Assembly (NCBI GenBank): GCA_043228905.1
Contig: JBHGNT010000225.1
Span: 1 to 48,902 of the forward strand
Length of the DNA stretch: 48,902 nt
Source of the DNA: Azolla caroliniana
Lineage: Eukaryota; Plantae; Polypodiophyta
Reading direction: 5' to 3'
Shown: piece after piece, positions 1 to 9,877 of the stretch
Numbering within the stretch: position 1 is the stretch's first letter
Layout of the letters: each line of letters starts with the position of its first letter
The notes under the pieces: model-generated
What the model saw: only the letters and a program-made list of their open reading frames with translations
What the model was told of the DNA's origin: nothing
Database searches by the model: none
Made by a program: the position numbers and the translations under genes

Positions 1-1500
1 ATCAGTTACATTTACCTCAGTTAGCTACTAGGATCGCTACTACATAGGTAACTAGCTACTCTCAATAGTTACTACCATGATAGCTAATTAGCTATTCTCA
101 ATAGCTAATTTAGGTACTACCAGATAATTAGCTGTACTGCTAGCTAGTTAGCTATCATGGTAGCTAGTTAGCTATTTCGTTATTACCAGCTAATTAGCTA
201 CTAGGAAAGCTAATTAGCTACCATGATAGCTAATTAGCTACTATGATAGCTACTACATAGGTAACTGGCTACTCTCAATAGCTACTACCATGATAGCTAA
301 TTAGCTATTCTCAATAGCTAATTTAGGTACTACCAGATAATTAGTTGTACTGGAAGCTAGTTAGCTATCATGGTAGCTAGTTTGTTATTTCGTTATTACC
401 AGCTAATTAGCTACTAGGAAAGCTAATTAGCTACCATGATAGCTAATTAGCTTACTAGGATAGCTAATTAGCCACCGTGATAGCTAATTAGCTACTAGAC
501 TAGCTAATTTGCTATCATAATAGCTAATTAGTTAGGATAGCTAATTAGCCACCATTATAGCTAATTAGCTACTAGACCAGCTAATTAGCTACCATGATAG
601 CTAATTAGTTACTAGGACAGCTAATTAGCCACCATGATAGCTAATTAGCTACCATGATAGCTAATTAGTTAGGATAGCTAATTAGCCACCATTATAGCTA
701 ATTAGCTACTAGACCAACTAATTAGCTACCATGATAGCTAATTAGTTACTAGGACAGCTAATTAGCCACCATGATAGCTAATTAGCTACCATGATAGCTA
801 ATTAGTTACTAGGAAAGCTAATTAGCCACCATTATAGCTAATTAGCTACTAGACCAGCTAATTAGCTTCCATGATAGCTAATTAGCTACTAGACCAGCTA
901 ATTAGCTACCATGATAGCTAATTAGTTACTAGGAAAGCTAATTAGCCACCATGATAGCTAATTAGCTACTAGACCAGCTAATTAGCTACCATGATAGCTA
1001 ATTAGTTACTAGGAAAGCTAATTAGCCACCATGATAGCTAATTAGCTACTAGAGCAGCTAATTAGCTACCATGATAGCTAATTAGCTACTAGGACAACTA
1101 ATTAGCTACTAGGACAACTAATTAGCTACCATGATAGCTAATTAGCTACTACGACAGCTAATTAGCTACCATGATAGGTAATTAGCTACTACGACAGCTA
1201 ATTAGCTACTACGACAGCTAATTAGCTACCATGATATCTAATTAGCTACTAGAATAGCTAATTAGCTACTAGAATAGCTAATTAGCTACTAGAATAGCTA
1301 ATTAGCTACCATGATAGCTAATTAGCTACTAGGACAACTAATTAGCTACTAGGACAGCTAATTAGCTACCATGATAGCGAATTAGCTACTAGGACAGCTA
1401 ATTAGCTACCATGATAGCTAATTAGCTACTAGAATAGCTAACTAGCTACTAGAATAGCTAATTAGCTACTAGGATAGTTAGCTAGTTACGAGAATAACTA
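1..1500. repeat. Minisatellite of about 20-bp units built on the perfect palindrome TAGCTAATTAGCTA, lying in a transposase intron
   Basis: Dozens of units such as ATGATAGCTAATTAGCTACC and AGGACAGCTAATTAGCTACT. The array ends just before the acceptor ccctttattacgcag at 1519. Confidence 0.95.
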
Positions 1501-1519
1501 ATTCCCCTTTATTACGCAG

Positions 1520-3361
1520 GTCGATTTATTTATTAGGTTCAAACGAATGCATCCAACTATCAAAGTTCAACTATGAACATTCGAGTCTCTTAAGCCACAC
1601 TTTGTGAGACGCTTAAAGGATCGATACACATGTTGTTGCATTTACCATGTACAGATGGGTTTTCTGAAGGACTCTGTTAATCTACTACGTCACCATAGCG
1701 CATCCCTAACTAATACAGTTTGCACATGTGGGTGCCCAATCTGTCGATCAAGCCCGCAAGAGGAGTGTAAATCATCTGAGCACGTTATCTCTTCCATGAG
1801 TTATTTATTAGATTCAATATTGTGTCCGAGAGAAACTGACGCTATCTTCCATATTCATAAATGTGTCATGGGTTTATGTCAAGATTGTGGCCCTACTAGA
1901 TTTAGGTGGTGTCCAAATGAATTGAGTAGTGAAATATTGATCTCTGTGAAGTTATTTGAGTCAGTGAACACCAATTTCGAAGGAAAGGTGTGTAAAAGAA
2001 AGGATCTAGTTCGGAAGATGCTTAAACCAAGGGATTTGGTGTCTCTGTTTGTAGTATCTCTAGGAAAGTTCATTAAACACAACTTCATTTATTCATGGCA
2101 GGCCCATCAGTTTAAGACTTGCATATCTGATTTCCCAAATGATGTAGTAGTCTCAGTAGTAGATTTCGCAGAGAATTATACTTTCAAGCAGCAGAATGAA
2201 ATTCAATCTATGCATTGGTGTTCAGTTCAGGTAACCATTTTTCTGCACATAACATATTTTCGAGTTTCAGGTGATGTTAAAAAAGTAATTCATTTCTTTA
2301 TTTCCGATGATAAGAAGCATGATACCTTGTTCGTCCAACACTGTTTTAAGTTACATTGGCAGTGGTTATTAGCTCAACGTTTGGAGCTTACTCAACATTG
2401 GGTCTGGTCTGACGGAGCTGCGTCACAATTCAAGGCTCGACGTCCATTTTATTTTGTGGGGAGGTATCCTGCTATAACAGGTTTGGAGATGAGATGGAAT
2501 TTTTTTGGGTCTGGCCATGGTAAAGGTGAACATGATGGTGCAGGGGCTGTTATAAAGCGGGCACTTACCCATGAACAACTAAAGACAGATGGTGTGCACA
2601 TGAATTGTGCATCACATGTAGTTGAATTTTTAAGAACAAATATGTCAACGAGTGCCACAGGTGTTTATTCCTCGCAAGTCCGAGATATCAAACGTGAATT
2701 TTGGGAAGTGAAGATAGATGAAGTAAATAGGGAGAAGACCTGGGAGTGCCAAGGAATTCCCGAATTGCGATCTCTGCATGCTGTTCGCGGTTATTCCAGG
2801 TTGGATGGTCATTGTATTGCGGTTAGAGAATTGACTTGTTTTTGCTTCCATTGTGTGCAGGGAAATTGGAGATATTGTCTAAACAAAGCATACATTCAGA
2901 ATTGGGAGTATCACACTCTGAATGATAAGGAAGCAGTTGATGGAGAAACAGGGCAGAATGCTGACTTCACATATGAGGGACTTGGAGATACTTTGAGTGA
3001 TGTCCTGAACGTTGGGGATAACTTCGCTGTAAATGCTGAAGAAGGCAATTCAGAGGGTGCTGATTTCTATATATTAAAGTGCACGGTTAGTAAACAGTGT
3101 GCAAGGCAGAATATTGTAGATGCATGGGGAAATTTTGTATCTGCCGGGACATTCTACATCGAAGGCATTTTTTATGCAAAACTAGATGACTACGAATATG
3201 TGTACAGGCTATTAGAAGACAAACCAGCGGCGTATATGTACTCTCATTTGGTCAGGTGCATCAACGTCCCAATGTCAGAATACAATAGCTGCTCCGGTTT
3301 ATACACTGTTGGTGCTAATGTGTATGAATGTATTTACAATAGTATGCCATGGAATTTGTAG
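1520..3361 (+). pseudogene. Last exon of a Sola2-like DDD transposase with one premature stop
   Basis: Motifs VVDFAENY, ISDDKKHD, WSDGAASQFK and FFGSGHGKGEHDGAG, with Cys-rich N- and C-terminal parts. The frame extends back to a CAG acceptor at 1519 (VDLFIRFKRMHPTIKVQL*TFESLKP). The TGA at 1574-1576 is probably a mutated CGA. Confidence 0.8.
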
Positions 3362-3691
3362 CTACAAGTAGCACTTACCATGTTCTCTTGTAAAACAAAC
3401 ATGTATTTCGCGAAAACAAACATGTATTTCTTGTATACAGTCTGCTTTCTGTGCTTCTTTCTCAATAAAATCATGTCTTTTTTGTTAAGTTTTAAGTTAT
3501 AAGTTATAGCGAAATAGTCATCAGTAGCTAATTAGCTGTACAAATGCAGCTAATTAGCTGTCAATAGCTAAATAGTCATCAATAGCATGAAATCAACAAT
3601 CTGCAACATATTCCTCAAATTACACAGTAGATAAGTACAGTGGGAACAAGTAATTAAATTCTTCATTGAATAATACCATCTCTTTACATAT

Positions 3692-4668
3692 TTATAAATT
3701 ACCATTGGAAATGTCTACAAATCTCCTATAAACAGCTAAGCTCTTGCTAGTCAGTGGAACGAATCTACATATATTATCCGCATATTGAGCTCGGTATGGA
3801 GTCCACAACCATGCACCTAGTTGGCAGCTCACTATTTGCACCAGGTACTGTTCAGGCATTTCCTCGGGTAGAATGAGACAGCATCTCCGAATATTGAAGT
3901 AGTGTCGGAAATGTTCTGTATCCAAAATCAATGTATTGTCGGCATTATATTCAGGCCAAGTAGCCCAAAAATCAGAAAGTCTCTTGAATCTTGCAGCTTC
4001 CATTTGCTCACAATTTTCTCGTGCCCATTGACCTTTAAAACGACTTCGCCATTTTGGGAAGAATCTTGCCAAACACTTCCACACATCTGATTTTGGTTTT
4101 TCACTCCAAATAAACAAATCAAAGTATTCCACAGCCCACTCTAGAAACTTATTTGCGTCCCTCCTTGGCTACATATATCTCACACTCATTAAGACTTTAT
4201 CAAGCTCCAAGATCAAGGCTCTTCTTTCGACTTCTAGTGGTTTAGGTTTCCATTCCTGAAACTGAGCCGCTGTTACACCATTTTCTGGTAGGATACGATC
4301 AATCTCAATCAGCTCAGGTTCGGCTGACACAACTGGTGTCCTTTTCCTCTTTAAACCCCTAGTCGACTGTGTTGGGCCTAGCTTCACATTCTGGTGCTCT
4401 TGTTTTGTCGACTTAGTTATCAATCCTTGGATTACCTCAGTGCATGTAGCTACTGATCTGCTCGATATTAGTCCACTGGTATCACATGCTGCATCTACCT
4501 GCAACACCAAGTCATCCGTGCTACATGCTTGATCAACTTGTGTGACCAGATCACTTGTGTCAGTTGCTACATCTACTTTCAAGATGGGGCCCTTTAAACA
4601 TGCCGCAACATCAACAGTATCCACACTGCCATTGGCCTTACGAGCAATAGAATCAAACCCTTTAGACT
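3692..4668 (-). pseudogene. FCP1/SCP (NIF)-like HAD phosphatase-fold cargo ORF with degenerate catalytic motifs
   Basis: ORFs 4169-4747 and 3692-4132 are one frame split by a TAG at 4169-4171. It reads RRALILELDKVL...RRDANKFLEWAVEYFDLFIWS...WARENC...FKRLSDFW...YNADNTLILDT, following the FCP1-homology pattern. The 5' end is unresolved (acceptor at 4669). Confidence 0.6.
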
Positions 4669-5469
4669 CTGCAACATCAGAAAACACCAACATATTCACA
4701 CTCACAAAGTAACTAATAGTCTCACAAAACAATATCCTGAACATCAAAGAGTTTCAGTCATAGAACAACACTCTTCAAATTATCTTGGAAAAACATCATA
4801 GAGTTCCATTACATAATGTGGATCAAGCAACAACCAATCTGAGGTTTTACTTGTCCAACAGGATAGTAAAACTTCATAAAACCCTAGCAAAATCCCTAAG
4901 CTAACAATCATATCCAACTAAACAGTATTTCACTCCACTACGTCTGGGCCCCTTGACCGAGTAACTGGTCTTGTTCCCGATCGTGGCCCCTTCTTCAGCC
5001 TTTTTCTGGTTGGTTCCCCATTTAGCCTTGCTTCTTTCACCCAATGAGCAAGTGTGTCCTCCTCCGACAACCTTCCCATCGCCTCAGCAGCTAATTGCAC
5101 ATCAGCCGTTTCTTGAACTAGGTTTTCAAGTACAGAGGGATCTGTTTGGACATTTTCAGTAGTTGGGCTCGGTGGGGTGGAATCAAGGTCTTGAGACTCG
5201 AAGAAATGTTGCATCAAGTGTTCATAAACACTGTTGTTGTGAACCTCAGTTTTACATGTTGTTTCCACTATTTCATGGCATTTCACATCGTTGCCTAATT
5301 CAGTACACTGTTCCAAAAGAATAGGGTGCAGCTGATCTGAAGGAGATGTGATAGCAGGACTCTTACTTTCAGCCACATTGGCAGTAGTATCCTCATCTGT
5401 TGCAGCATCATCAGCACCAGACACATCATGTGCCGTCCTTAATCCACAAGATTCTACAATAACATGACA

Positions 5470-7240
5470 GTTATTTAGGATAGCTAATTAGCTACTTTAC
5501 TAAACTATGGTAGAAGCTAGGATAGCTGATTAGCTAGTACAATAGCTAATTAGCTAGTATGATAGCTAATTAGGTACTTTACTCAACTATGGTAGTAGTT
5601 AGGATAGCTAATTAGCTACTTTACTCAACTATGGTAGTAGCTAGGACAGCTAATTAGCTACTTTACTCAACTATGGTAGTAGCTAGGATAGCTAATTAGC
5701 TACTTTACTAACTATGGTAGTAGCTAGGATAGCTAATTAGCTACTTTACTAACTATGGTAGTAGCTAGGATAGCTAATTAGCTACAATGAAAGCTAATTA
5801 GCTACTTTCTCAACTATGTAGTAGCTAGGATAGCTTATTAGCTACTAGGACAGCTAATTAGCTGCTAGTAGCTAATTAGCTACTAGGATAGCTAATTAGC
5901 TGCCAGTAGCTAATTAGCTACTAGGATAGCTTATTAGCTACTTTACACAACTATGGCAGTAGCTACTAGGATAGCTAATTCGCTAGGATAGCTAATTCGC
6001 TAGTAGGATAGCTAATTAGTTGCCAGCAGCTAATTAGCTAGTAGGATAGCTAATTAGCTACTAGGATAGCTAATTAGTTGCCAGTAGCTAATTAGCTACT
6101 AGGATAGCTAATTAGCTTTTTTACACAACTATGGTACTAGCTAATTAGCTAGTAGGATAGCTAATTAGCTACTAGGATAGCTTATTAGCTACTTTACACA
6201 ACTATGGCAGTAGCTAATTAGTTACTAGGATAGCTAATTAGTTGCCAGTGGCTAATTAGCTAGTAGGATAGCTAATTAGCTTTTTTACACAACTATAGTA
6301 CTAGCTAATTAGCTAGTACCATAGCTAATTACCTACTAGGATAGCTAATTAGCTAGTAGGATAGCTTATTAGCTACTTTACACAACTATAGTAGTAGCTA
6401 GGATAGCTAATTAGCTACTATGGTAGCTAATTAGCTACTTTACTCAACTATGGTAGTAGCTAGGATAGCTAATTAGCTACTTTACTCAACTATGGTAGTA
6501 GCTAGGATAGCTAATTAGCTACTTTACTAACTATGGTAGTAGCTAGGATAGCTAATTAGCTACTTTACTAACTATGGTGGTAGCTAGGATAGCTAATTAG
6601 CTACAATGAAAGCTAATTAGCTACTTTCTCAACTATGTAGTAGCTAGGATAGCTTATTAGCTACTAGGACAGCTAATTAGCTGCTAGTAGCTAATTAGCT
6701 ACTAGGATAGCTAATTAGCTGCCAGTAGCTAATTAGCTACTAGGATAGCTTATTAGCTACTTTACACAACTATGTCAGTAGCTAATTAGCTACTATGATA
6801 GCTAATTAGCTAGTAGGATAGCTAATTAGTTGCCAGTAGCTAATTAGCTACTAGGATAGCTAATTCGCTAGTAGGATAGCTAATTAGTTGCGAGTAGCTA
6901 ATTAGCTAGTAGGATAGCTAATTAGCTTTTTTACACAACTATGGTACTAGCTAATTAGCTAGTACCATAGCTAATTAGCTACTAGGATAGCTTATTAGCT
7001 ACTTTACACAACTATGGCAGTAGCTAATTAGTTACTAGGATAGCTAATTAGTTGCCAGTGGCTAATTAGCTAGTAGGATAGCTATTTAGCTTTTTTACAC
7101 AACTATGGTACTAGCTAATTAGCTAGTACCATAGCTAATTAGCTACTAGGATAGCTAATTAGCTAGTAGCTCATTAGCTGCCAGTAGCTAATTAGCTAGT
7201 AGGATAGCTAATTAGAAAAGACTAAGCTTATTAGCTACAA
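5470..7240. repeat. Second TAGCTAATTAGCTA minisatellite, filling intron 4 of the RING gene, with a higher-order duplication
   Basis: Same palindrome with spacers such as CTTTACTCAACTATGGTAG. The block at about 5580-5960 recurs at about 6430-6790. The array lies between the donor at 7250 and the acceptor at 5454. Confidence 0.95.
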
Positions 7241-8624
7241 TATGGTATACCTGTTAGTTTTCTCCACTCATTTGGTAGAGTTGTACTGCAATCTCCCAAA
7301 CAGAATGCAACAATTCGACAGGCATGTTGAAAACAAAGCAGATGGTATGTGTGGTTGCATGGTTGTAGGTGAACCAACAAAGACGCAGTTTTGTCCTCCA
7401 CACCTAACCCTCAAGCGATGCAACGTGCTTGAACTGTCAATAAATCATTTTCTGGTTCTACTTCATTTGGTAAGGGAGCAAGAATGTTCAGGTCCAAATC
7501 CTGTCTGGTCCTTACCATTCCCTCCACAAAATGTAGCTTCTTCTTAAGGCAGCTAACTACCTGTTCTTGATGAATGTATTTTTCCTTCAACGCAACAGAG
7601 AAAGTTACCGATTAATTATTCTTGTTGTTGAAAGATACACCAACTTTGCTCAGGAATCGTTAACTTACTTGAAGCTTATCCAAATTGTAATCTGCAACAG
7701 TATTTACACCTAGAAGGTCCAGGTTCATTGAAAGAACCTGGATCTCTATTTGTAGTTCTATTTTACGTTGGGGATCCAGTGGCCCCTCTAATTCAAGCTC
7801 CTGTTGCGCAACCTATTCCAGATAATGCTTGATTAGCACATTTTACCCGTTATTTATAACACAATCACATACCAGCAAAACAATAGTTACCTGAATCTTA
7901 TTTCTAATTGTTGTAACAGCAGAAGTAACTTTGCTCTCCATTGCAGAAGCCATTGTGGCTTTCTCTAAATCAGTCTTAAAAAATGCCAATGTCTCACAGG
8001 CTTCATGGACATTTTTTAGCATATAGCTAACCAATGTCTCACCTGTATCATCGACATTGGCTTTCCTTGGGTGTCGGTGTGGTGTATGCCCCCGGTCTTG
8101 CTGGGAGTCGGCAGTTGCATCAACAGCTGCCATGCTCCAAAATCTGTCTATTTTTTGTGCCAAGGTCCCCATCTTTTGACATCTTTTTACCGATGCCTCA
8201 CCATAGACTGCCCAAGCTACCCTATACATTTCAGGGTCTCTAGATTCCTTCGTTGTTTTGCAGTACTCATATGCAAATGCTCTAGCAAATGAAACTGACA
8301 ACTCATTGTTGACTGGGATCTCCTGATGAACTTTCTGGTGCAGTCTCATGCAGTCATCGTACAAGTCGGCTCGTACATGCTTCAGCTTGACCTTGCCTTT
8401 GACTCTAGGCACTGTATATATTGTCATCCAGTCTATATCACTGATCAATTTATCACTTAGGACAACAGGGTCAACACCCTCGAGTGACAGACCATAGGTG
8501 TTGTGGAAGTCCTCCTTTGTCTCGCAAAATTTTGCGAAGTTTAGCACTCTCGTATACGGAGGAATGAGCCATCTGAAATATCATTTCAGAAATCAGAAAT
8601 AGTGCAAAATCAGAATATGTGAGA

Positions 8625-9178
8625 ATCAAAAACCCCAATCAACAACAACAAAAATGGTGCAAAATCTTTAACTTACCAAATCAGAAACCCTAATCATAAT
8701 TTGTATTCAGAAATTTGAAATCAGAAACCCTAATCAAAATCTGTAATCAGAAGTTTGAAATCAGAAACCCTAATCAAAATCTGTAATCAGAAGTTTGTAA
8801 CCAGAAACCTTATTCAGAAATTCTAATCAGAAATTTATAATCAAAAACCCTAATCAGAAATTTCAATCAAAAACCCTAATCAAAAATTTCAATCACAAAC
8901 CCTAATCAGAAATCCTAAGCAGAAATTTATAAACAAAAACCCTATTCAGAAATTCTAATTTGTAATCAAAATTTGTAACCAGAAACCCTATTTAGAAATT
9001 CTAATCAGAAATTTATAATCAAAAACCCTAATCAGAAATTTCAATCACAAACCCTAATCAGAAATTTCAATCACAAACCCTAATCAGAAATTTCAATCAC
9101 AAACCCTAATCAGAAATTCTAATAAGAAATTTATAAACAAAAACCCTAATCAGAAATTTCAATCAGAAACCCCAATCA
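8625..9178 (+). repeat. Degenerate tandem repeat (about 26-39 bp) with core AAACCCTAATCAGAAATTT, in intron 1 of the RING gene
   Basis: More than ten AAACCCTA(A/T)TC cores between 8630 and 9175. Confidence 0.85.
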
Positions 9179-9717
9179 TCACTAAAGACAGGATTAAACA
9201 CAAAAAAAGTAATATAAACACACCTATTGCTACTCCCCGATTTGCGAGACATCCTTGTATGGGACTCCAAGGACTTCGCCCTATTCGATTTTGGGGAAAT
9301 ATGAATCGGCACCAAAGTTCAGACAGTAGTCAAAAAGAAAAAACAAATGTTTGGGGTTTCTGTAACTGAAACATACCTGGACGATGATCGAGCGGGTTCT
9401 GTGTTGTAGCTCTCAATCTGCAATGTCGATTTTTTGCTGTTGCGGGAACTACGTCTGCGTTCGTGCTCTGAGTACTCCATCTGCGTTCAAAATCAGACTT
9501 AGGCTAAACAGGAAATTGATGACATTGAAGTCGACCTTAGATGATGGTGATATTCCCCAAGTTCCACTACGTCTGAAACAGAAGTTCAAATATTTGAGTT
9601 TTTTCATAAATTAGTTTTTCAAATATTTGATTTTCCCACAAAAAAGACTAGCTAAACAAATAGCTAATTAGCTATGGCCATTTTAGTAGCTAATTAGCTA
9701 TAATAGTGTTTCCACTC

Positions 9718-9877
9718 GCATGCTTTTACCCTTTTCCCCTAGTTTGGGGGTTTTCCACGTAAACCTCCTGTGTATCTTTCTCTTCTCCTTGTCGTGTTTT
9801 ATTTCCCGTTTTCTGTGTATGAAAAGAATCTCGGTTGTGGCCGAGCGCTGGACATAAGGAACGTCCAGATCCTGTCA
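9718..9877 (+). mobile_element. 3' fragment of an LTR (same family as the solo LTR at 20523-21159), interrupted by the Sola2 element and inserted in the gypsy RT
   Basis: GGTTTTCCACGT...AAGAATCTCGGTTGTGGCCGAG..GGACATAAGGAACGTC matches the reverse complement of about 20530-20670. It ends in CA at 9877, and gypsy RT (KVKTVVEW) resumes. Confidence 0.75.

Larger units (their letters stand above)
4930..9252 (-). pseudogene. 5-exon cargo gene (about 570 aa): unknown N-terminal domain, coiled coil, RING-H2 finger, acidic/basic tail
   Basis: Exons 9252-9224, 8572-7891, 7812-7669, 7584-7251 and 5453-4930 have GT-AG junctions with consistent phases (1713 nt). Exon 4 encodes RCIA*GLG...LQPCNHTYHLLCFQHAC...FCLGDC, with a TGA at 7411-7413 at the second RING Cys. 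Confidence 0.7.
1..9717 (+). mobile_element. Sola2-like DNA transposon, left end outside the window; transposase on +, cargo genes on -
   Basis: DDD transposase at 1520-3361. The motif TAGCTAATTAGCTA recurs up to about 9700. The element ends in ...GTTTCCACTC at 9717 (reverse complement GAGTGGAAAC, matching the GRG terminus I recall for Sola2), after which unrelated LTR sequence starts abruptly. Confidence 0.75.

Noticed and set aside
1-1500. CRISPR-like appearance of the palindromic repeats (also 5470-7240)
   Set aside because: The spacers are only about 6-25 bp and themselves repetitive, there are no cas genes, and the context is eukaryotic introns.
8625-9178. True or interstitial telomere array
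   Set aside because: AAACCCT units are not contiguous; they are single cores within longer repeats.
9829-9845. Helitron 3' hairpin CTCGG-TTGTGG-CCGAG (also near 20556 and 48711)
   Set aside because: There is no CTRR end, and the hairpin lies inside a TG...CA LTR that has a 5-bp TSD at 20523-21159.
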